A stretch of DNA of 64,000 nucleotides from Trueperaceae bacterium (GTDB taxonomy: Bacteria; Deinococcota; Deinococci; Deinococcales; Trueperaceae): the NCBI GenBank assembly GCA_965213925.1, contig OZ243927.1:2048001-2112000 (forward strand), in the 5' to 3' direction. Under the pieces are notes generated by a model. It was not told the origin of the DNA, made no database searches, and saw nothing but the letters and a program-made list of their open reading frames with translations. Shown here piece by piece: positions 28,837-39,229 of this stretch (position 1 is the stretch's first letter; every line of letters starts with the position of its first letter). The translations under genes were made by a program, and so were the position numbers.

Positions 28837-29730
28837 TTATACACGTTCAATCTCCACCGTTCCAAAGAGCCCATAAGGTTTGATCAGCAAAATGATAATG
28901 AGGAGAACAAAGGGGACGACTTCACCCGTGCCGCCGCCGGGGACAAAGGGGTCTAGGTAGCCCGACGCTAAGACCTCCGTCACGCCGATGAGGACGCCGC
29001 CCACCACTGCGCCCGTGACCGAGTCGAGACCGCCCAAGATGACAGCAGGAAAGACGCGCAGACCGATGGCGGTGAGACCGGCGAACTCGAGCCCGTACAG
29101 CCCCCCCACCACGAAGCCCGCCGCCGTCGCGCTAATCCCTGCCGCCGCCCACGCCAGCGCAAAGACCCGCTCGATTGAAACGCCGACGCTCAGCGCCGCC
29201 AACTGGTCATCCGCCACCGCCCGCATCGAAATACCCAGCGTGCTGCGCGTGAAAAACCAACTCAGCGCGAGGATAAAAACGAGCGTGAGACCGATGGCGA
29301 TGGCTTGCTCCCAGCGGAGGATGATACCGCCAAAGGTGATGGGCGTATTCGGCAAGAAGCTCGGAAACCGCGCCGTGAGCGTGCCGAAGGGCGTGAAGTA
29401 GACAAGCCCCGAGAGCAAACTCGCCAAACCAATCGTCACCATGATGACGCTGATAATCGGCTCGCCGATCATCGGGCGCAAGAAGAGGCGTTCGATACCC
29501 TGCCCGACGAAGTACATGAGGACCATCGCCCCGACGAACGACACCCAGATAGGGACGCCCGCCCACACGGTTAGACCGTAAATAATAAAGGTACCAATCG
29601 CAATCAGCTCGCCGTGCGCGAAGTTGATGACGCGGCTCGCTTTGTAGATGAGGACGAAGCCTAAAGCGGCGAGGGCGTAGATGCAGCCGACAGCGATACC
29701 TGTCACGATGAGTTGAAGAAAGTAGGTCAC
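28837..29730 (-). CDS. ABC permease (LivH-like)
   Basis: LIYKASRVINFAHGE, MRAVADDQ, PYGLFG..EIERV. Confidence 0.92.
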   Translation of the reverse strand: MTYFLQLIVTGIAVGCIYALAALGFVLIYKASRVINFAHGELIAIGTFIIYGLTVWAGVPIWVSFVGAMVLMYFVGQGIERLFLRPMIGEPIISVIMVTIGLASLLSGLVYFTPFGTLTARFPSFLPNTPITFGGIILRWEQAIAIGLTLVFILALSWFFTRSTLGISMRAVADDQLAALSVGVSIERVFALAWAAAGISATAAGFVVGGLYGLEFAGLTAIGLRVFPAVILGGLDSVTGAVVGGVLIGVTEVLASGYLDPFVPGGGTGEVVPFVLLIIILLIKPYGLFGTVEIERV

Positions 29731-30128
29731 CCACCGACCTCTTTCACAACCTCTCGTTTAGGCGAAGGTCCGAAGCGGTTCTCACCCTCCGACCCCGCTA
29801 AACAGCCCGTTTCAACGAACGCCCAAATGCCGCCGATAAGAGGTACGAAGTTGATTAAGTACCACCACCCCGACTTCCCTCTGTCGTGCCAGCGCTTCAC
29901 CTGCGTGGCGATGCCGGGCCATAGAAGCGCGAGGCTCCAGGCAATCGCGAGCCAATCCATAGGACCGCTAGGGCTGGTTTGGTCCGCGCCGCTCGCAAGA
30001 AATCCGATAAGCAGGGAGATACCGAGCGCAGGCAACAGAAAGTTGAGCCAGTACTGCTTGCGGCTGATGCGTCCTTGCAAGGAGAACAAAAACCACTGCC
30101 AATCCATTTCGTTCACCCGGTTATTCAC
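29727..30128 (-). CDS. DUF805 membrane protein
   Basis: FS.QGRISRKQYW, KRWHDRGKSGWW, GENRFGP motifs. Confidence 0.9.
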   Translation of the reverse strand: MNNRVNEMDWQWFLFSLQGRISRKQYWLNFLLPALGISLLIGFLASGADQTSPSGPMDWLAIAWSLALLWPGIATQVKRWHDRGKSGWWYLINFVPLIGGIWAFVETGCLAGSEGENRFGPSPKREVVKEVGG

Positions 30129-32086
30129 TGTGCTCCCCTCGCAGCCTCACGCTTGCGCGGCTCACCTGCCGAAGCCTCTAAAATTCGCACGTCCGTCTCC
30201 ACCTCGTTCACTTGTCCATCCTGATAGCGAAACTCCGCCTTGATGCTGACCTCTTCTAATTCCGGCTGATAGAGCGCCCCTAAAATCTTCCCGTAGCGCT
30301 CCCCGACGAACCCTCGGCGCACCTTGCCCGTGCGCGTAAGCTCTTCGTCGTCGGCGTCCAAAAGTTTATAAAGGAGTACGAAGCGGTGAATGCGCTCCTC
30401 CTCGTTCAAATCTTCGTTGACGCTGTTGACTTCGCTCAAGATAAGCTTGGCAACTTCGGGCTGCTGTGACAAATCCATATAGGTCGTGTAGGAAAGCCCC
30501 TTGTCCTCCGCCCATTTACCCACCGTCATCGGGTCGATGTTGACTAAAGCGGTGATAAAGGGTTTGTCGTCGCCGTACACAACCGCCTCTTTAATGAACG
30601 GGCTAAATTTGAGCTTATTCTCGATGAACTGCGGGCTGAACATGTGCCCGCTGCCCGTGTGCATCACATCACCCACGCGGTCAATGATGACTAAGTGGCC
30701 GTCCTCATCCAAGTAGCCCGCGTCGCCCGAGCGAAACCAGCCGCCTTCTGCCAAGACCTCTTCGAAATCTTCATCGCGTTCGTAGTAGCCGTGACAGACG
30801 CCGTCGCACCGCGTCAAGACCTCACCGTCGTCCGAAATTTTCACCTCGACGCCGGGGAGCGGCAAGCCCACCGTGTCGTGCTTCACGTCACCGTCGCGCT
30901 GAACGTACGCCAAGCCGGAGGTCTCGGTTTGCCCATACACCTGCTTGAGGTTGATGCCCATCCCCTGAAAGAACTTAAAGGTATCAGGTCCTAACGCCGC
31001 GCCGCCCGTATAGGCGCGTTTGAGGCGCAGGAAACCGAGCTGGTCTTTCATCGGGCGAAAGAGCGCGAAGTGGGCGAAGCGGTAGCCGATTCGGAGCCCC
31101 AGCGGTAACGACTCGCCGCGCATCCGGTAGTCGGCGGCGCGGCGTCCTATGTTCATGAGCTTCTTGTACGCCCAGCGGTTGAAGGGGTAAGACTCGTCCA
31201 TCTTGACCCAAATGTTCGACTGAACGCCCTCCCACACGCGAGGCGCACCGAGCATCATGTGGGGTCCGATCTCTTTAAGGTCGTCCATCGCCGTCTCGCT
31301 CGACTCGGGGAAGTTGACCACCATGCCCGTTAAGAGTGGCACAGCGAGCGCGAAGACCTGCTCGACGATCCAGGCGAAAGGAAGATACGAGACGTAGTCG
31401 TCGCCCTCGGCGATGGGGTCAATCTGGTGGAGCGCGTGCGCCATCGCTAGGTAGTTGCGGTGGCTGAGCATGGCGGCTTTAGGGCGTCCGGTGGTGCCTG
31501 AGGTCGCGGAGAGGTGGCAGATGTCGTCCGGTGCACCTTGCGCGACGTGCTCCGCGAAGAGGGTAGGCTCGCGCTGGTGGAAGGACTCGCCCACCTCCAG
31601 GAGCCGCTCCCAGCTCATAAACCAGTCGTCCTCTAAGTAAGGGCGCATCCCCTTCTCGTCTTCGAAGATGACCTTTCTGATGTTCGGCAGCTCATCTCGC
31701 AATGCTAAGACCTTATCGACTTGCTCTTGGTCTTCGGCTAGAACGAGGCTGGCTTCGCTGTACTCCAAGAGATACTTCACCTCGTCACGACCCGACGACT
31801 GGTAAATCCCAATGGTCATCGCGCCTAGGCTCTGCGCCGCGAGTTCTGTGATGGTCCATTCGGGAATATTGTCGGCGATGACGGCGATTCTGTCGCCTGG
31901 TGTAACGCCTAGTGAGAGCAGCCCTAGAGCGGCGTTGCGGACGTTGGTCTCGAGCCCCCGCCACGTCAACTCGTTCCAAATCCCGTAATCCTTCTTGCGA
32001 AGCGCCACCTTGTCGGGCGTCGCGGCGGCGCGTTTTAAGAGGAGTTGCGGCAAGGTCATGTGCGCCATCTCGCTCGTTACGTTCAC
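30125..32086 (-). CDS. Long-chain fatty acid--CoA ligase (AMP-binding)
   Basis: TSGTTGRPK, YGQTE, SGDAGY, SPQFIENKLKFSP. Confidence 0.92.
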   Translation of the reverse strand: MNVTSEMAHMTLPQLLLKRAAATPDKVALRKKDYGIWNELTWRGLETNVRNAALGLLSLGVTPGDRIAVIADNIPEWTITELAAQSLGAMTIGIYQSSGRDEVKYLLEYSEASLVLAEDQEQVDKVLALRDELPNIRKVIFEDEKGMRPYLEDDWFMSWERLLEVGESFHQREPTLFAEHVAQGAPDDICHLSATSGTTGRPKAAMLSHRNYLAMAHALHQIDPIAEGDDYVSYLPFAWIVEQVFALAVPLLTGMVVNFPESSETAMDDLKEIGPHMMLGAPRVWEGVQSNIWVKMDESYPFNRWAYKKLMNIGRRAADYRMRGESLPLGLRIGYRFAHFALFRPMKDQLGFLRLKRAYTGGAALGPDTFKFFQGMGINLKQVYGQTETSGLAYVQRDGDVKHDTVGLPLPGVEVKISDDGEVLTRCDGVCHGYYERDEDFEEVLAEGGWFRSGDAGYLDEDGHLVIIDRVGDVMHTGSGHMFSPQFIENKLKFSPFIKEAVVYGDDKPFITALVNIDPMTVGKWAEDKGLSYTTYMDLSQQPEVAKLILSEVNSVNEDLNEEERIHRFVLLYKLLDADDEELTRTGKVRRGFVGERYGKILGALYQPELEEVSIKAEFRYQDGQVNEVETDVRILEASAGEPRKREAARGAQ

Positions 32087-32886
32087 ACCAAGACCTCTTC
32101 ATCGCCTACATACGCCTCGATGACAGCGGGGTCTTTGGCGACCTCTTGCGGTTCACCCCCGGCGATCCGCTCGCCAAAATCGAGCACGTAGACAAAGTCG
32201 CTGATGTCCATGACCACGCCCAAGTCGTGCTCGATCAAGACCACCGTCGTCTCGCGCTCCGCTTGAATGTCCAAAATAAAGCGTACAATATCCTCTTTTT
32301 CGCCCAAGGTCATGCCCGCCATCGGCTCGTCTAAAAGGAGGAGTTTGGGACCGAGCGTGAGCGCCCGCGCCATCTCCACGCGCTTGCGCACACCGTAGGC
32401 AAGTTCGCCCACCACCTTTTTGCGGTGTGGCTCTAACTCCATAAAGTCGATGACCTCTTCCACGTAGGCGCGGTTTTGGCTCTCCTGCTTGCTCGTGCGT
32501 CCGTAAAAGAAGAGCGCTTGCCAGAAGCTGTAATCAAGGTGCGTATGCCGCGCCAACATGAGGTTGTCTAGCACCGACAACCCTGAGAAGAGTTCGATGT
32601 TCTGAAACGCCCGCGCTACACCTAGCTTAGAAATTTGATGCGGACTCGCGCCGATTAGGTTGTGATCTTCAAACTTGATTGTGCCACTCGTCGCCTCGTA
32701 AAAGCCCGAGACGCAGTTCAAAAGGCTCGTTTTGCCCGCGCCGTTGGGGCCGATAACCGAGGTGATCGTATTGGGCTCGACCGCCAGTGATACGTTACTG
32801 AGCGCGTTAAGCCCGCCGAAGGTCAGCGTAAGATTCTCTACCACTAACTGAGGAGGCGCGGCTCGAGGAGGCGTTCTGGAAGACAC
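32083..32886 (-). CDS. ABC ATPase (LivG-like)
   Basis: GPNGAGKT, FQNIELF, LDEPMAG; start taken at GTG 32886. Confidence 0.9.
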   Translation of the reverse strand: MSSRTPPRAAPPQLVVENLTLTFGGLNALSNVSLAVEPNTITSVIGPNGAGKTSLLNCVSGFYEATSGTIKFEDHNLIGASPHQISKLGVARAFQNIELFSGLSVLDNLMLARHTHLDYSFWQALFFYGRTSKQESQNRAYVEEVIDFMELEPHRKKVVGELAYGVRKRVEMARALTLGPKLLLLDEPMAGMTLGEKEDIVRFILDIQAERETTVVLIEHDLGVVMDISDFVYVLDFGERIAGGEPQEVAKDPAVIEAYVGDEEVLV

Positions 32887-33124
32887 AGGATTGCACCTTA
32901 TTTCTCGCGGTAACTGAATGAAGTGACGTGCTGCAAGTATAGCAACCGCGCGAACGCGAATGTCAACTAACGCGGCTCTGTAGGGACAACGCCCTATTGA
33001 CCCGAGGGCGACGTAGTGTGCCAGCTTCAAACGTGCTACGTGCGTTTTGTTCGTGGTTGCGCCGACGCTCCGTGACTGTCTGTAAGGCTCACACGGCGGC
33101 GGACGTTTTGGATTAAGGTAGACT

Positions 33125-33661
33125 ATGGATAAAGATACCCCTCTAGGCGTTTTTATGCGCAACTTTATGTGTGGGGCGCGTCCGCGGGTCTATCGTTTAG
33201 GCTGGTTCGTAGGCGGAACGGCGCTGACGCTCGCGAGTTTTGCGGTAGGCAGGTTGAGCGCGAGTCCTCACGGCGCAGAGCCCGTTACGGCTGCTCTTCT
33301 AGTACAGAATCTGGACGCGCCTGATGACCCTAGGGAGCTGATCCCGCTGCCCGGACCGGGCGCGCAGCCGGGTCAGCCGGGCGAAGGGGCGCAACCGGGA
33401 GAGTGTCCTGTCTACCTCTATCAAGACGGGCAGCTCTATGAGCTGAGACCCGGAGAAGAGGGGATGCCCCTGCCGGGTCAAGGGCAACCGGGCGGGCTGA
33501 GACCGGGTCGAGACGGTTCGCCCGAGCTGTTCCCGCTCGAGCCACCCGCACCGCGCACGCCGCCTAGAGCGCCACCGAGACCCTCTAATCCCGAGCCGGA
33601 CAACTTTCCTGGGCTCGAGGTCAGCCTGCCGTCTGGCATGTTGAAGGTAGCGAATAAGTAG
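33125..33661 (+). CDS. Pro/Gly-rich membrane-anchored hypothetical protein
   Basis: Hydrophobic N-terminal segment then PG-rich region; upstream of moxR; start uncertain. Confidence 0.6.
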   Translation: MDKDTPLGVFMRNFMCGARPRVYRLGWFVGGTALTLASFAVGRLSASPHGAEPVTAALLVQNLDAPDDPRELIPLPGPGAQPGQPGEGAQPGECPVYLYQDGQLYELRPGEEGMPLPGQGQPGGLRPGRDGSPELFPLEPPAPRTPPRAPPRPSNPEPDNFPGLEVSLPSGMLKVANK

Positions 33662-33797
33662 TGTCTCTCCTACCGAATCACTCGTGGCTGAGTACCACCC
33701 TAGGCCTCGAGCCTCGCCCTAGACCTCTTCGGTATCACCGCGTATCAGAACCGTACGCTCGAGTACGCCCAGACTGCAACATCGGAGGAGACCCAAC

Positions 33798-34856
33798 ATG
33801 GCGGATAACAGGTATGTAGACACGTCCATCAGCCCTCAGCAGGTGGCGGACGCCGCCTCGAAGCTGCGCACGCTGCTGCTCGAGACGAAAAAGATCATCG
33901 TCGGGCAGGACCTGATGCTCGAGCGGATGCTAGTCGCGCTTTTGGCGCGCGGGCATATCTTGATCGAGGGCGTGCCGGGTCTCGCCAAGACGCTCGCCAT
34001 CAAGACGCTCGCCGAGGCGCTCGGCACCAGCTTTAAGCGCGTGCAGTTCACGCCCGACCTCGTACCTGCCGACCTAGTCGGCACGCGCATCTACAATCCG
34101 AAAGAGGGCGTGTTTGGCGTCGAACTCGGACCTATTTTCGCGAACCTCATCCTCGCCGACGAGATCAACCGTGCCCCCGCGAAGGTCCAGTCGGCGCTTC
34201 TGGAGGCGATGCAGGAGCGCCAGGTCACCATCGGGCACGAAACGCACCGCCTCCCCGACCCCTTCTTGGTGCTCGCCACCCAGAACCCCATCGAGTCGGA
34301 GGGAACTTACTTTCTGCCCGAAGCCCAGGTGGACCGCTTCATGTTCAAAGTCATCATCGATTATCCGGGCTTCTATGAAGAGATGACCGTCGTGGAACGC
34401 GTCTCGGCGACCTTTGCGCCCATAGACGTGCAGCTCAGCGCCGAGGAGCTGCGCGCGCTCCAAGCCCTCGCCGACCGGGTTCACGTTCACTCGGCAGTGA
34501 CCGAATACGCGGTGCATTTAGCGCGGGCGACGCGCGACCCCGGCGCGGTCGGGCTCAGCGACCTGAAGCCCTACATCAGCTTCGGCGCGAGCCCCCGCGC
34601 CAGCGTCAACCTGATCTTGGGCGCAAAGGCGCTCGCAGTAGTGCGGGGCCGCGAGTACGCGCTGCCCGAAGACGTGCGCGACCTAGCCCCCGAGGTGCTG
34701 CGCCACCGCACCGTGCTCTCCTACGAGGCGCTCGCCGACGAGGTAAGGCTCGAGGACGTGCTCGCGCGCATCCTCAGCGCGACCAAAGCTCCGCAGGTTC
34801 ATCTAGGCGATCCGCACCGCTCGGCGAGGCAAGAGGGTGCGAGGCCGCAGGCTTAG
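33798..34856 (+). CDS. moxR: MoxR-family AAA+ ATPase
   Basis: EGVPGLAKT, RVQFTPDL.P.D, ADEINRAPAKVQSALLEAM, ATQNPIE, GASPR. Confidence 0.95.
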   Translation: MADNRYVDTSISPQQVADAASKLRTLLLETKKIIVGQDLMLERMLVALLARGHILIEGVPGLAKTLAIKTLAEALGTSFKRVQFTPDLVPADLVGTRIYNPKEGVFGVELGPIFANLILADEINRAPAKVQSALLEAMQERQVTIGHETHRLPDPFLVLATQNPIESEGTYFLPEAQVDRFMFKVIIDYPGFYEEMTVVERVSATFAPIDVQLSAEELRALQALADRVHVHSAVTEYAVHLARATRDPGAVGLSDLKPYISFGASPRASVNLILGAKALAVVRGREYALPEDVRDLAPEVLRHRTVLSYEALADEVRLEDVLARILSATKAPQVHLGDPHRSARQEGARPQA

Positions 34857-34892
34857 CGCGCAGAGGTCGGACGTAAAGCGAGGTGGTTTCGG

Positions 34893-35978
34893 ATGCACCT
34901 CCAGGGTCCAACCGGTAGAGGATGGATGCTCATGATGCAGACGTTTAGAGGGTTGAAGTGGACTGGTTTGAGGTGGCCCAGACGGGTACGCCCGAAAGTG
35001 AAGCTCAAAGTCGCGGTGCCGCCCGCAGACCCGGACCTGACGCGGCGCGAACTCCCCGCGCAACTCCTCAAGCGGCTCGAGTTCACGGTGCTGCGCCGCC
35101 TTGACGGGTATCTGTTCGGCAACTACAGCGGCCTTTTCTACGGTCCTAGCCTGGACTTAGCCGAGGTGCGCGAGTATCAGCCGGGCGACGAGGTCAGGCG
35201 CATCGACTGGAATGTCACGGCGAGAACGGGCACGGTGCACGTGCGCCAGTTTATAGAAGAGCGCGAGATCATCGCCTGGCTCCTCGTGGACCTGTCGCCG
35301 TCGATGGACTTCGGCACGCGGCGGGTCTTAAAGCGCCAAGCGGCGCTCGAGTTCGCAGGTGTAGCGGCGTCGATCATCACCCGGCAGGGCAACAAGGTCG
35401 GCGCGCTCAGCTTTTCGCCCGCTGGCGCGGCGCTCACGCCGCTCGGCGCGGGCAGGCGGCAAGCCCTCCGCGTCGTGCAGGACGTGCAGACGCACTTGGG
35501 CGAACATTTAGGCGGCGACGGACGGACCGGTGACGTGACCGACTTAACGGACGCACTGGGGCACGCGAGCCGCATTCTGCGCCGCCGCGCGCTCGTCTTC
35601 GTGGTCTCGGATTTCATCACCTCGGGCGCGGACCCTGGCGCGGACTCTAGCACGGACCCGCCCTGGGGCAAGGAACTGCGGCGGCTCGCCCAGCGCCACG
35701 ACGTCGTCGCGGTGCGCGTCGCCGACCCGGCCGAGCGCGAACTGCCCGACGTCGGCGAGCTGCGGGTGCGCGACCCCGAGACCGGTCAAGAGCTGTGGCT
35801 CGACACGGGCGACGCGCGCGTCAGGCGCGCTCACGCTGAGTTAGTCGGGCGGCGCGATGAGACCATCGCGCGGACCCTGCGGGGGGCGCGAGTGGATTTG
35901 CTCGAGCTGTCCACCGCCCAAGACCTCGTCGCGCCACTCCTGAAGTTCACGCAGCGGCGCAAAAGGAGGCGCACATGA
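34893..35978 (+). CDS. DUF58 protein
   Basis: EVREYQPGD.VR.IDWNVTAR, DLSPSM.FG, VVSDF; start uncertain. Confidence 0.9.
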   Translation: MHLQGPTGRGWMLMMQTFRGLKWTGLRWPRRVRPKVKLKVAVPPADPDLTRRELPAQLLKRLEFTVLRRLDGYLFGNYSGLFYGPSLDLAEVREYQPGDEVRRIDWNVTARTGTVHVRQFIEEREIIAWLLVDLSPSMDFGTRRVLKRQAALEFAGVAASIITRQGNKVGALSFSPAGAALTPLGAGRRQALRVVQDVQTHLGEHLGGDGRTGDVTDLTDALGHASRILRRRALVFVVSDFITSGADPGADSSTDPPWGKELRRLAQRHDVVAVRVADPAERELPDVGELRVRDPETGQELWLDTGDARVRRAHAELVGRRDETIARTLRGARVDLLELSTAQDLVAPLLKFTQRRKRRRT

Positions 35979-37027
35979 GGTTTCTCTGGCCCGACTTTCT
36001 GTGGTTCTTGCTGCTCGCGCCGCTTCTGCTCTTCGCCCTGCAGCTCTTAGCGCGGCGGCGCGAGCGGACTGCCCAGGCGTTCGCGGACGCCCACCTTCTG
36101 GCGCATGTGCTCACGAAGCCTGGTCCCGCGCTGCGCCGCTGGACGCTCGGCTTGCAGCTCGCCGCGCTGAGCGTCCTCCTCGTGGCGGCGGCGCGACCCG
36201 TCGCCACGCCGCCGCTCCTAGTCAACAAGGCAGCCGTAGTCATCGCGCTCGACGCCTCGCGCTCGATGCTCGCCTCTGACGTGGAGCCGAACCGCTTAGA
36301 GGTCGCTAGAGGTCTCGCCGAGCAGTTCGCCGCGCAAGCACCTGCCGGGGCGCAGATCGGCTTGGTCAGCTTTTCAGACGTCGCCTCGGTGCTCGTGCCG
36401 CCGACGACGGACAGAGAAAAACTCTTAGAGGCGCTCGCGCGGGTCCAGCCGGCGCGCAACACCTCGCTGGCGTCCGCCGTGGTGACGGGGGTGCGGATGC
36501 TGCCGGGGCGCGAGGGGGTCGCGCCGCCCGAGGCGCTCACGCTCCCCAGCTCCCTCACCCCTCCCCCTAATGACGCGCCCAGCCAGCCCGACAATGTTTC
36601 GTCCGATAACGTCCCGCCCGGCAGTATCCTCATCTTGTCGGACGGCGTGTCCAACGTGAGCGCCGCCTCGGGGCTGCCGGGCACGTCCGCTATCGACCTC
36701 GCCGCCCGCTTCGCGGCGGACAACGAGGTCAAGCTCTACACGCTCCCGGTCGGACGTGAAGGGGGCGCGGTGACGCGCATCGGCGGACAGGACTACTTCG
36801 TCCCTTTTGAGGGCGAGACCCTGGCGCGGCTCGCGGACATTAGTCAGGGCGACGACTTAGGGGACGCCGACGCGGAGGCGCTCGGCGCGCTGTTTCGCGA
36901 CCTGGGCCGGGCGATGCGCTGGGAACGCTCGGACTTCGAAATCGCCGCGCCGCTCTCCGGGTTCGCCGCGCTCCTCATGCTCGTCGCGGGCGGGCTCAGC
37001 CTACGCAGCCAGCGGAGGGTGCCGTGA
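35975..37027 (+). CDS. VWA-domain membrane protein (BatA-like)
   Basis: N-terminal TMs, AARP, DASRSM MIDAS, LSDG. Confidence 0.9.
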   Translation: MRFLWPDFLWFLLLAPLLLFALQLLARRRERTAQAFADAHLLAHVLTKPGPALRRWTLGLQLAALSVLLVAAARPVATPPLLVNKAAVVIALDASRSMLASDVEPNRLEVARGLAEQFAAQAPAGAQIGLVSFSDVASVLVPPTTDREKLLEALARVQPARNTSLASAVVTGVRMLPGREGVAPPEALTLPSSLTPPPNDAPSQPDNVSSDNVPPGSILILSDGVSNVSAASGLPGTSAIDLAARFAADNEVKLYTLPVGREGGAVTRIGGQDYFVPFEGETLARLADISQGDDLGDADAEALGALFRDLGRAMRWERSDFEIAAPLSGFAALLMLVAGGLSLRSQRRVP

Positions 37028-37941
37028 ACGACCTCAACCTGCTCTGGCCCTGGGTCTTAGGCGTCATCCCGCTGCTCGGCGTTGTCATCTATCTTTACTG
37101 GCAGAGGCTCAAAGGGCGGACGAAGGCGCACATGGCCTATCCGGGCGCGTCTCTCGCTTCCGCCGCCATGCGAGCCGCCAACCCGTGGCGACGTCCGCGC
37201 TTCTTGCCGGCGCTCATTTACGGAAGCGCCCTCCTCTTCGCCGTCGTCGCGTTAGCCCGCCCTACCGCAAAGCTCCTCACCCCTGATGACCTCTCTGGTG
37301 TGATGCTCGCCGTCGAGACGAGCCACTCGATGCTCGCGCCCGACATCCCGCCGACCCGCTTAGCCGCCACCCAGGACGCCGCCAACGCACTTCTAAAAAC
37401 CATCCCCGACAATATCAAGGTTGGGCTAGCGACCTTCTCGGGCTACGCGGCGCTCAACGTGCCGCTGACTTTGGACCACGCGCGCGTGGCGCAGGCGGTT
37501 GATACGCTCAGCATGGGCGGCAGCTACGCCTTCAGCTACGGCCTCATCGCCGCTTTGGAGGAGCTTCCAGAGGAGCCCCCGGAGGAGGGGCTGCCAGGAG
37601 CCATCGTGCTCTTCTCGCACGGGCACGACAACACCGCGAACGACCCGCTCGCCCTCGCTGAGGAGGCGTCCGCGCGCGGCATCAAGATTCACACCGTCGG
37701 CGTCGGCACGCACGGCTACAACTTCGACGACGACGTCTTGCAGCTCATCGCCGACCGGACGGGCGGGCGCTACTACCCAATTTATAGCGCCAAAGACCTG
37801 CGCAACGCGCACCGCGACCTGGGCCGGGTCATCACGCTGAGACCAAAGACGACCGAGGTGAGCGCGTTTGCCGCGCTCATCGCGGCGGGGCTCCTCAGCT
37901 CGAGCCTCCTGCTAGCAGGATTGCGGCGGCGGGTCGCGTGA
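37024..37941 (+). CDS. VWA-domain membrane protein, degenerate MIDAS
   Basis: ALARP, ETSHSM, FSHG. Confidence 0.85.
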   Translation: MNDLNLLWPWVLGVIPLLGVVIYLYWQRLKGRTKAHMAYPGASLASAAMRAANPWRRPRFLPALIYGSALLFAVVALARPTAKLLTPDDLSGVMLAVETSHSMLAPDIPPTRLAATQDAANALLKTIPDNIKVGLATFSGYAALNVPLTLDHARVAQAVDTLSMGGSYAFSYGLIAALEELPEEPPEEGLPGAIVLFSHGHDNTANDPLALAEEASARGIKIHTVGVGTHGYNFDDDVLQLIADRTGGRYYPIYSAKDLRNAHRDLGRVITLRPKTTEVSAFAALIAAGLLSSSLLLAGLRRRVA

Positions 37942-38906
37942 CGGACCTCTTTCTCTGGCCCTGGGCGCTGCTCCTGCCCACCCTCGCGCCGCTGGGCGTC
38001 TGGCTCTACCGCCGTATAGGTCAGTTGCCCGCGGGAGCGGCGGCGCGCCACCCCGACCTCGCGCTGCTCAAAGCGGCGAGCGCGCGTGGCGGGCGTTCGC
38101 GGCGGCACGCGCCCGCGCTCCTCTACGGGGCGGCGCTGGTACTGGCCCTCGTCGCGCTGGCGCGGCCGACGGCTAGGGTGCCCGAAGCGAACCCGCAGGC
38201 GGGCGTCGCGCTCGCGTTCGACGTGAGCCGTTCGATGCAGGCGACCGACATTGCGCCGAGCCGCTTCGAGGCGGCGAAAGAGGCGGTGAGGGGCTTTGTC
38301 GATGAGCTGCCGGACGGCGCGCGGGTGAGCCTCGTGCCCTTCGCGGGTTACGCCACCACCACCGTCCCCTTGACGAGCGACCACGAGCGGCTGCTGGCGT
38401 CGGTCCGGCTCCTCGAGATGAGCTACGGCACCGCCATCGGCGAGGCGCTTTTAGAGGGTCTCGCGTCGCTGCCGAGCTTAGAGGCGCGTCAGGAAGCGGA
38501 GGACGACCCCGCGAGCTTAGCGACCATCATCCTGCTCTCCGACGGGCGAAACTGGGGCGGGGCTGACCCGCTCGAGGCCGCCGCCGAGGTGAGGCGGCAA
38601 AGCGTTACGGTGCATACCATCGGCGTCGGCACCTTGACGGACGGACCCATACCCGGAATGCCCGAAGGCTTCCAGTTCGCAGCCCGCTTCGACGAGGCGA
38701 CGCTGCGGGCTGTCGCCGCCGAAACGGGCGGACGCTACGTCTTCGTGGATTCGGCGCGGGAGCTGCGGGGCGTCTACCGCGAGCTGAGCCGCTCGCTCGT
38801 CTGGCGCTACAGCCGCGGTGAGGTCACGGCGCTAGCCGCACTAGGAGCCGCCGTCCTCCTCCTTTTGAGTGTCGGCTGGTCGGCGCTGCAACGGCGGGTA
38901 ACGTAA
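37938..38906 (+). CDS. VWA-domain membrane protein (BatA-like)
   Basis: ALARP, DVSRSM, GTAIG, LSDG. Confidence 0.9.
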   Translation: MTDLFLWPWALLLPTLAPLGVWLYRRIGQLPAGAAARHPDLALLKAASARGGRSRRHAPALLYGAALVLALVALARPTARVPEANPQAGVALAFDVSRSMQATDIAPSRFEAAKEAVRGFVDELPDGARVSLVPFAGYATTTVPLTSDHERLLASVRLLEMSYGTAIGEALLEGLASLPSLEARQEAEDDPASLATIILLSDGRNWGGADPLEAAAEVRRQSVTVHTIGVGTLTDGPIPGMPEGFQFAARFDEATLRAVAAETGGRYVFVDSARELRGVYRELSRSLVWRYSRGEVTALAALGAAVLLLLSVGWSALQRRVT

Positions 38907-39229
38907 GAACGGGGGACGCTCGAGATTTGCTGAAGGTGAACCGCGGTTTTGGGGGATGTCTGAGAAGCCCAGGTTGGGGGAGCGTCATCGGCGTGAGTCT
39001 TTTAGACTCGGCTCTGCCTCAAGGTGTATACCTGCTAATCAGCTCCGCATCAGAAGCTCGCCCCGAATGTTTTTCAGACCGTCATCCAGTTTCACCGCCG
39101 CGACGCCCTATCAAGCCCGCGCGAACTCTTTCACATTTTCCTCTTACGTGACGAAAGCACATGAAGATATGAACGGTCTATGAAAAATTAGGGTACCCGC
39201 ATAGGGGTGCTCACACTTATAATTATAGG

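Noticed and set aside
32887..33162. N-terminal extension of LivG-like ORF
   Set aside because: Spans the divergent promoter region and overlaps the opposite gene
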